64,000 nt of DNA from contig OZ025712.1 of assembly GCA_964019335.1 (NCBI GenBank), forward strand, positions 248,001 through 312,000, given 5' to 3'. Of this stretch, positions 56,121-64,000 are shown piece by piece (position 1 is the first letter of the stretch; each line of letters starts with the position of its first letter). A program made the translations under genes and the position numbers. Below the pieces are notes generated by a model. The model worked only from the letters and a program-made list of their open reading frames with translations. It ran no database searches and had not been told where the DNA came from. Origin of the DNA: Diplonema japonicum (taxonomy: Eukaryota > Protista > Euglenozoa: Diplonemea).

Positions 56121-58205
56121 TTAAAGGCAGGATATGCCTTGACCGCCACGTCTTGGCCCCTCTGCACGAAGGCTATTCTCCCAGGGGATGGTACTCCCGT
56201 GAGTTTTTGATGTTAGGGATCTAGCTGTATACCTCCGTTGCACTTGAGGAGGAACCGGAGCAAGGCAAGGCAAACATAGAGACTGTGTTTTTTTCACCGG
56301 GCTGTGCGGGGGGAGATGCCCTCGCTGGGCATCTTCCAAATTTCGAGAAGGGAACAATGCGAACTTGTTGTCAGTTGAACCTGACAAAATCCATCCCCGT
56401 TGCGATGCAGGTGGATGAGGACTGGGCGACAATAAACCATGACTTCTCTTTGTTTCAGACCCAGGCGAGGCAACTGAAGGAAGAAATGAACTAGTTGGAG
56501 TTTCAACCGAAGGCACATCACGTCTCTTCGATTTCTGATGCGATTTTCGGGGAGAAAAAGCCTGCGAACGCAGCCCTTCCATCCTCATGGTTTCCGACAC
56601 CGGAACAAAGGATTGCTTCCCCGGGGGGACAGGACGTAACTGTACCTCTGGAGGTGCGAATATTTCGTTCGGCGGTCGAACTGCATACGACATAATATGC
56701 CCCACACCCTGCGGAAGTCCCTTTAACGGATGCAGAAGAGGCGGGTCAGACTCCGACCGACCAATATTAGGAACACCCCCTTGCGCCATTAAAAGCTTCT
56801 TCGTCAGGTATGTCGCTTGTTTAATGAGATTGTACTTCTCAAGAATCTCGTACAGCATAGTTTTCGACAACCTCCACACATCGCACGTCGTAACAGCTGT
56901 AACAGGAAACAACCATCGATGCTCTGCAAGACACGTGAAACCAAGAATATCACCTGTTTCAACGTGAACGTTTTGAAGAGATATATTCTGCCGAACAACG
57001 GCTTTTCCCTTTGAGAAGAGAAGAAGCTGCACGCATGTATCAACAGCTGACACAATTTGCTGCCCAGGGACAGAGACCGTTGGAACGAGTCGTTGCGCGA
57101 TGTCTATAAAACACTGGTCGGGAGCACGCAGATCACGGAGCAGCGGAGCCTTTTTAAGATACGAAACGAGGGTTTCCAAATGACGCCCGTCGGCGTTACC
57201 AGTAGCGGAAAGATACTGTAATCGTTGAAGATGAGCTGCCTGCGACACCTTCGACGCGAAATCTGGGTCTGCTGAAAACATGGATTTGATGACTGATGCT
57301 TCTATGCACCAAACATCACATAACTTCCTTGCGCGAAGTTGAGCTGTTCGCTGTTCGTTGAAAATCAACCCCATCTCACCAAATGAGTCGCCTGGATTCA
57401 AATGCACGCTTGCACCTGTTGTTAAATTCGTAGATTCCGCTTCTCCTCTCATCACGATGACCATGTCTCGCACGGTGGAGCCTCGTTCAAAGATCACACT
57501 GCCGGCTTTGAACGACATGGGCCGGAATCTGTAAGCAAGGCTGTCCAGCTGTGGGTTTGTCAGCTGTTCGAATAAACTGCATTTTCGAAGGATTTCTCCT
57601 GTTAATTTGAACGATGTGTCTAAAACCGATTTTCTGCTTTCCAGAACAGGCGGCCAAAGGGCGTCTTGGAGCTCCCTGGGAAGTTTTTCGATTTCTCTTA
57701 GTAAAACCCTGTTTTGGATCAAACCGCCTCTGCAGCCTCCGAGTGTGATGTAAGGCGCGGCGTCTGGGTTGTCCGTGAGAAGGGTATCACCTCCTAGCAA
57801 ACATGGTGCTTGCATTTTGTTGCCTTTCCCCTGACCGGGCGCCGTGACACTTCCTTCGTAGATGAGGAGGAGGCCGCCGATTTCGTCTATTGTCTCGCCC
57901 GCTGTGAACGATACTGTTTTGATGGTCTGGTAGAGGCGTTTGAGGGCGTCGGTGGGCCAGTTTGCCAGTAACGGGCAAGTTGTTAAAATTGCTATGACAC
58001 CGTCGGCCTCGCCGCCGCCTTGTTCGTTTCGCTTGTTCGAAGCTAGCCACATTTTCACCCTCGGGATGAATAACGACTCCAGTCGGCTTACCGCCATTTT
58101 ACGCACCTCATCTTTCAAACCCTCGGGCATGTCATCAAGTTCTTGGTAAGTCGGGAGTGAGTAGCCTGGCGTCTCGCTCAGTGTGTCAGACTTTATCGAT
58201 GACAT
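56121..58205 (-). CDS. multi cyclic-nucleotide-binding-domain protein
   Basis: Three CNB-like units, e.g. LFEQL...FKAGSVIFERG...PGDSFGEMGLIFNEQRTAQLRA. Confidence 0.85.
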   Translation of the reverse strand: MSSIKSDTLSETPGYSLPTYQELDDMPEGLKDEVRKMAVSRLESLFIPRVKMWLASNKRNEQGGGEADGVIAILTTCPLLANWPTDALKRLYQTIKTVSFTAGETIDEIGGLLLIYEGSVTAPGQGKGNKMQAPCLLGGDTLLTDNPDAAPYITLGGCRGGLIQNRVLLREIEKLPRELQDALWPPVLESRKSVLDTSFKLTGEILRKCSLFEQLTNPQLDSLAYRFRPMSFKAGSVIFERGSTVRDMVIVMRGEAESTNLTTGASVHLNPGDSFGEMGLIFNEQRTAQLRARKLCDVWCIEASVIKSMFSADPDFASKVSQAAHLQRLQYLSATGNADGRHLETLVSYLKKAPLLRDLRAPDQCFIDIAQRLVPTVSVPGQQIVSAVDTCVQLLLFSKGKAVVRQNISLQNVHVETGDILGFTCLAEHRWLFPVTAVTTCDVWRLSKTMLYEILEKYNLIKQATYLTKKLLMAQGGVPNIGRSESDPPLLHPLKGLPQGVGHIMSYAVRPPNEIFAPPEVQLRPVPPGKQSFVPVSETMRMEGLRSQAFSPRKSHQKSKRRDVPSVETPTSSFLPSVASPGSETKRSHGLLSPSPHPPASQRGWILSGSTDNKFALFPSRNLEDAQRGHLPPHSPVKKTQSLCLPCLAPVPPQVQRRYTARSLTSKTHGSTIPWENSLRAEGPRRGGQGISCL

Positions 58206-59180
58206 TTTTTTTTTTTCCCTCCTCCCCCTCCAACTCTCTCCTTGATGATGTCTGCACAGGTGGGGGGGGGAGTGAACTTTGAAAAAAAATTAATAAAAGA
58301 GAAAAAATACCGTAAAGGTGAAGAGGAAAAAAAACTCTCTCGCCGACATTTCCCCCCCCCCCCCCCCACTTTGCAGTATAAAAATATGTAAAAAAAAAAT
58401 ACACATCCACCCATATATTTCCCCACCGGTTTTTTTTTTCTCCCATAGATCTACTTGAATGGGGAGGGGGGGGAAAGGTTAGTTTTCCACCCTGGGGGGG
58501 GGGGGGGGGTCTTCTTTTCCCATTTCTTCCAAATATTCTTTTTTAATTTTATTTTTCCTCTCCGTGCTTGGAAAGTGCGTTGCGGAGCTAAGCTGGTTGG
58601 CGAGGTGAGGGAACGAATGGGAGAGGCTCTGTCGTCCTCCCCTCCCCCTTTTTCTTTTTTATACTTTTGATGTGCTTCTTTTTTTCTTCAGAAAAAAAGA
58701 GATTCATGATGGAGGAGGAGGGGCAGGTGTTTGCAACAACCCACCAAGAATGGAAAAAAAGAAGAAAAAAAAAAAAAAAGAAGAAACATAAAAACAAACA
58801 AAAAGAAAAGTAGTGGTGATGAGAATAAATAACTCAAAATGCATCATCCCCCCTCCTCCCTTTAAAAGGGGATTTTTTTTTTCGTCGGAATCAAGGGAAG
58901 AAAAAAAAAAAGAAGAGAGAAAAAAAAAAAGAAGAACATTTCTCTTTTTTTTTTTTTTTTTTTTTTTTGATCACCAAATGTGCCACAACACCTTGGCCAC
59001 TGCAATTGTTTAGCTTTTTTTTTTTTCCCCTCTTTTTTTTTGCCTCAAAACTAGGGCCGAAAATTATGTGCTTCACATACACACATCACACACACCCATG
59101 ACCCCCACTCTTGGCAGTTTACTTTTGTTTTCGGAACTAACAGTCCGATTTTTTATTTTTTTATTTTTTTTGAGCCAACA

Positions 59181-59201
59181 TAGCGGTCTTTTATGGGTTA
59201 A
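59181..59201 (-). repeat. orphan terminus of the piggyBac-like family at 6350-7199
   Basis: tagcggtcttttatgggttaa is 20/21 identical to the reverse complement of 6346-6366. Confidence 0.7.
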
Positions 59202-60286
59202 AGTAATGCAGAGAAAGACAGGAAATAAGAGAAAGGGGACAAACCCGTAGCCAATGGAGGAATGGACCCTGTGGGTTGAACAAGAAAGTAGGATCCTCCC
59301 CCCTTTTTTTCATTTTCTTTTCTCCCCCATGAGAACTTCTTTATTTATTTCTTCTTTTTTTTTGTTTTCAAAGTATTAATAAGACCCTTCCCCCATTTTC
59401 TTTTTTTTTAAAAAGAGAAAAGAAAAAAAAAGAAAAGAAAAAGGAAGCAAATTCTTTTTTTTTCTTCCCCAGCCCATTCTTTCTTCGCCCCCCCCCCCCC
59501 CCCCCCCCGGAATTAGATACATAGGTGAGCGTGATGGGGGGGTTTCTTTTTTTTTTTCTTTTTGTGCCATATTTTGTTTGTTTGTGTGTTGTAAACCTCT
59601 TGATTCTTCTCTCGGGAAATGCTGAAAGCTTAACCCCATGTGCCACAACGGTGCAGTTTACCCGTGACACCTTTTGTTTTCTCACGATAAAAAAGATTAA
59701 GAAGGTTTGCAACATTTTGCTTCTGTATCAACCCGACGCAGAGACCCCCCCCCCCCCCCCCCCCCAGGATCGGTTTTTTCAAAACGGGGTATCAATCACC
59801 CTCGTCACAGCATCTACCACCACAGGCAGGCAGGCTTGTGCCTTCTCTCGCGCAAGCGTGTCTCGATGCTTCTCCGGACGTGAACGAAGAATGACCCGCA
59901 GAGGCTTCCCAAAGGGGGGAAAAAAAAAAGAAAAAAAACCACTGCTTCTGAAATTACTGAGGCAACAAGAAAAGGCCTGACGCCGTTCGTAGCGAAGCTG
60001 CAGAATAGTTTCCCTCTTTTTTTTTTTTTTTTATGCCCGATATTTTTTTTTTCTCTGCGAAAGGATGGGATGGGATGAAGGGGGGGACTAGAGAGAGGGG
60101 AAAACAGGGGGGCCCTTATTTCTCTCTTTTTTTTTCTTTCTTAAAAAAAACTCGCATACCTAAAAGTTACCGAGAGACAGGTATTGGGTTTTAATAGGTG
60201 GGTTTTTTTTTTGCAGGGAAAACAGGGAGCTAGAGAAAAAGAAATCATTATTTGTTACACCACCCCCCCCTTTTTTTTTCTCTTCC

Positions 60287-61582
60287 TCAATAGGGTATTG
60301 TTGCCTCGGATGTTTGATTTGAATCAATTTTTTTATCTTCGTCGTCCTCCTTCTCCTCCTCATCTTCCTTCTCGCTCCCTTCGCTCCCGCCCACTTCTAC
60401 CACGACCCCCTCTGTGTTAATCATGTGCGTTATTTCCTCACGGCACAAAGGACACAGTGGGTAAGTAGTTGTTTCCCTGCTTGTGGTTTGTTTCGCGTGA
60501 TGGGTTTCTTCCAAACGAAGAGCGCATTCAGCACAACAGCAAGAATGGTTGCAAGGAAGGAACACACATGTCCCGGGAGAATCAAAGCAAGCAACGCACT
60601 CATCCTGCGGCGGCGAAGGAGAATGCGCAGGCGGGTCTTCTTCAGGCGTTGAGTGCAGAGGAAAATTATACTTCGCGGCAATCTTCAAATCAAAACTGTA
60701 ATTCCCATCCGTGCCTTCCCCCCTCCGCGCTCCTGCGCTAGCTACACCACCACGGGCTGCTCTTGCCCTATTTCTACCCAACACCGTGAACATACAGGTT
60801 ATAGCTATGATAACACATATTAAGATAAGAGGTAAAATTACGACAACGCCTACCCATACAACTTCACTGGAGTCGTTTTCGCCGTCAGTTACAACTCCTT
60901 CACCGCCAGGGCCGCAGACATCGCAGGGTTTGTCGTGGTTTGTTTTGTTTCCGTCCTTCCCAACCCGTTCGCCTAGGAAGGAATAGGCCGAGCAGAATGA
61001 AGAGTGTCCATCTGACATGTTACCGTTCATGCAGGTGCCGGTGGAGCAGCACCAACCGCATCCAAACATTTTGGAGTTTTGTCGGCAGGTGTCGCATGTG
61101 GAGAAGAGGTTGCAAATGTCGTTGCATGTTTGGTTTCGTGATGATAAAATCTCGTCGCCTTCGCAGTTGAGATCGTGGCGTGATGGGTTGCCGCATTTGT
61201 TGCTTCCACAGCACCATTGGCAGCTGTTGTCTATGCAGCTGCTTGGAGATCTGAATGTTGTGCACACGTCGGCCCTACAGCCTTGTTCTGTGCACACTTG
61301 GTCGCGGGTGCAGCAGTCTTGTTGGCCAAACCCGTATTTGCAGCAGGATCTGCCCTCCATACAGCCTCCGCTTGTCCTGCCCATGTCGTTGTCGCAGCAT
61401 GTGAAGCCGCCTTTGTAACAGTATGCTCTGCCGCCGCTGAGGGGGTCGCCGCAGCAGATTGGGAAATCGTTGGGGCAGAATTGGCCTCCGTTGCCCCCTT
61501 GGCTGCCCTCGTTGCACTTTACGTTTGCCGTGCTATAGCTTGTTTGGAGCGCGAGAAAAATTCCGACTGTTGCCCATTTCAT
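60287..61582 (-). CDS. type I membrane protein: signal peptide, Cys-rich/PSI ectodomain, TM, cytosolic RING (putative E3 ligase)
   Basis: MKWATVGIFLAL; CxxxxxCxxC...CGWC....C PSI-like repeats; TM VVWVGVVVILPLILICVIIAI; CVACFD...LPCNHSCCCAECA...CPLCR. Confidence 0.88.
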   Translation of the reverse strand: MKWATVGIFLALQTSYSTANVKCNEGSQGGNGGQFCPNDFPICCGDPLSGGRAYCYKGGFTCCDNDMGRTSGGCMEGRSCCKYGFGQQDCCTRDQVCTEQGCRADVCTTFRSPSSCIDNSCQWCCGSNKCGNPSRHDLNCEGDEILSSRNQTCNDICNLFSTCDTCRQNSKMFGCGWCCSTGTCMNGNMSDGHSSFCSAYSFLGERVGKDGNKTNHDKPCDVCGPGGEGVVTDGENDSSEVVWVGVVVILPLILICVIIAITCMFTVLGRNRARAARGGVASAGARRGEGTDGNYSFDLKIAAKYNFPLHSTPEEDPPAHSPSPPQDECVACFDSPGTCVFLPCNHSCCCAECALRLEETHHAKQTTSRETTTYPLCPLCREEITHMINTEGVVVEVGGSEGSEKEDEEEKEDDEDKKIDSNQTSEATIPY

Positions 61583-62764
61583 GAATATAAAGATGTGGTT
61601 GTGTGTGTGTTTGTGTATATATGGGCTTTTTTTTTTTTTTTTTTTTTTTGTTTTTTTTTTTTGTAAGAGGGCAAATAATATAGAAGAAAAAGGGGCGAAA
61701 AAATAAATATTGTAAAAAAAAAAAAAAAAAAAAAAATTCCCTATTCCCCCTTTCTCTCTCTCTCTTTTTTTTTTTTTTGCTTAAAGTTTTTTGATATCTC
61801 CCTTTCCCCTCCCTTTTTTTTTTTTTCTGAAAGAGAAAAAAGAAAAAAAAAAAGAAAAAAAAGCAAAGTATATATTTCTTCTTTTTTTTTTTTTTTTTTT
61901 TTTTTTTTTGGTACAAATCCCATCCTTCCCTCGCTACAACAGATTTTTAACTTTTTTTTTTGTCCTCATTTTTTTTGTTATCCTTTGCCAAGGGGTTCTT
62001 TTTTCCTCGCGCTTTTTTTTTTTTCTTTTTTTGAATTCTCCTTGTATTTTCCGCTCTTTAGCACCATTTACGACGGGAGTTTTTTTTTTCTTTTTTTTTT
62101 TTTTTTTTTTTCCCATTTACAGGAGGGAAACAATTGTATGGTTTGCAACCCAATCAAGTAAAAGAAAGGGAAAAAAAAACTACAAAAAAAAAAATACACC
62201 CATCAGAACAAGGAAGCGACCGTACGAAACTTTTGGGGAAGAAAAAAAAAAACAATGAAACATAAAAAAACCACCCCAAGAAGTGATAAATAAAAAAAAA
62301 GAGGGGGCAAATAAAAAGACAACAGCAGGAGGACGGAGGGGAAAACAAGAACAAGGATCTTTTTTTTTTCTTTTTTTTTTTGCATTTTTATTCTGACAGC
62401 GTAGATTATAGAAAGGGAAGTAGTGGGGAGAAGAGAGAGAGAGGGGGGGGGGGGGGGGGGTGAAAGGGGTAAAGGATTACATTTTTCTTTTCTTTCCTTT
62501 CATGTATTTTTCTTGCATATCCCGCACGGGTAAAAGGGGAGGTTTTCTTTTTTTTTTCCTCCTCCCCCTCCTCCCTCGACATCAAGTTTCATAAAGGTAA
62601 AAAAAAAAAAGTTTTTTTTTCATCGAGTTTTTTTTTTGGTTTTTTTTTTTGTTTAGAGAGGTTTATCAAAAACCCCTCCGGAAAGAAGCGACAAGATTTT
62701 TTTTTTTTTTTTAGAAGTAACACGTTAGTAAAAAGAAAGAGAAAAAAAAAGTTGTATAGTTCTG

Positions 62765-62803
<39 letters not shown>

Positions 62804-62810
62804 CGTAGTC

Positions 62811-63323
62811 CTACTTAGCAGATCCCTCGAATTTCAAAGAGATGAGCGTTTCACCCTTGCCGTCCTTGATGATGGCGGTACCCTTGAAGGAAACCTTGCT
62901 GGGAACGGGAGACGGGGTGGGAAGCTCGATGACTGTCGAGTTATCGTAGCTGCCAGCACCGATAAGCGGGCAGGGGGGCATGGGCTGGTCAATGTGCTTC
63001 TTCACAACAGGGACGGTGAAGGTACAGTTACCACCACACAAGGGACAGTTCACCTTGAAATCGATAAGGCCGTCCAGCTTAACATTCATGTCAACGGTGC
63101 TGCCTGTGTCGATTGCCACAGGAAGTACGACCTTCGCAGTTCCAGTGTAGTTTGACCCCCAGTTGAGGGTACAGTCATTCGACCCATACATGTCCATCCC
63201 GGTGCACCCGCTGCTTAGAATAACCGTCCCTGATGCGCCAGGGAGGATGCTTTCAACAGTTCTAGAGATCTCGATTTGGGCCGCGGCACCCGCTACCAAT
63301 GCAAGAATCATCATAGTCTTCAT
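62811..63323 (-). CDS. secreted ML (MD-2/NPC2-like lipid-recognition) domain protein
   Basis: Signal peptide, 170 aa, beta-rich; CPLIGAGSY...IELPTPSP. Confidence 0.6.
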   Translation of the reverse strand: MKTMMILALVAGAAAQIEISRTVESILPGASGTVILSSGCTGMDMYGSNDCTLNWGSNYTGTAKVVLPVAIDTGSTVDMNVKLDGLIDFKVNCPLCGGNCTFTVPVVKKHIDQPMPPCPLIGAGSYDNSTVIELPTPSPVPSKVSFKGTAIIKDGKGETLISLKFEGSAK

Positions 63324-64000
63324 TTTTGTTTTGCTTTTTTCTTCCTTTTTTTTGAAGCAGTTGGACGGCTGGGGGGATTAAAGCACGTTCTGGAAAGAAA
63401 AAAAAAAAGAGAAAATGTTTGGGAAGAGGGGGGACCTTTTTTTTTTTCCTCTTGTGGACGGGAAAGTAAAAAAAAGGGGGGGTTGGGGGTTGGGGGGGGG
63501 GGAAATGTGCTGAACTAATTTGTTGTGGGGGATTTAAAAAAAGGGGGGGGGGGAGAGGGGTAAGGAACAAAAGAAAAAAAAAAACACCCTAATCCACCAA
63601 AGGGTGGAATAAATAAATAGGGTAATTTGTCACGAGTAGGAGGAGCAAGCCCCAGCTTATGTGGCAAACTGGAAAAAGAAAAAAAGAAGAAGAACAACAA
63701 CAAAAAAAAAGAAAAACACTTACGTCATTTTTTAAACCGTCTTTGGAAAAAAAAAAAAAAAAAAAAAATTGGTTAGAAATGGATTTGGAATCTTCTCTCC
63801 AGAGACGATAGCAAAAAAAAAGGGGGGGGGGAGAAGGGGTTTATGCAAACTGCCACAACAGATTTTTTTTTTTTTTTTTTTAGTACTGAAGAGGATCAAA
63901 CGCACCACCACCACCGATGCTATAATAATCAACAGGAAAATCAACCTCTTGACAAACAGGCGGCAACGAAACGACACCAGCAAAAGGAGAAGGGGAATCT

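Noticed and set aside
5349-63983. Many poly-Phe/Lys/Gly/Pro ORFs and plus-strand ORFs in the ORF track
   Set aside because: They arise from homopolymer spacers or are antisense shadows of real genes.
1-64000. tRNA, rRNA, SL RNA, CRISPR arrays, non-canonical (non GT-AG) introns
   Set aside because: None recognised; every intron needed to rebuild a gene has GT-AG ends.

Overview
Eukaryotic DNA, most consistent with a diplonemid-like euglenozoan (inference, not a database result). About 27 protein genes all lie on the minus strand as one polycistron-like array. They are separated by spacers built from A/T/G/C homopolymer runs and interrupted by about 32 GT-AG introns. Thirty of these are only 36-70 nt and most carry a poly(A) or A-rich tract instead of a polypyrimidine tract before the AG. 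The two long introns are mini-introns inflated by mobile DNA: a tail-less APE-RT LINE in DPAGT1, and a pogo-like remnant plus a palindrome in PRP6. Recognisable genes include DPAGT1, a WD40 protein, a GRIP golgin, a SNF1/CIPK-like kinase, a p101/PACS-like DEP protein, a SET protein, a mitochondrial carrier, PRP6, RSPH14, a SAMHD1-like dNTPase, a truncated Hsp70, MOCS2B, CDK11, an Akt-like kinase, an adenylate kinase, a cNMP-binding protein, a PSI-TM-RING E3 and an ML-domain protein. The best leads are the poly(A) mini-intron architecture, a tail-less stem-loop-ended LINE that targets T-tracts (its end fixed by a 43-bp copy with an 8-bp TSD), and a three-copy competing inverted-repeat set around the adenylate kinase gene. 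All exon boundaries were inferred by hand, and homopolymer lengths may be affected by sequencing error.
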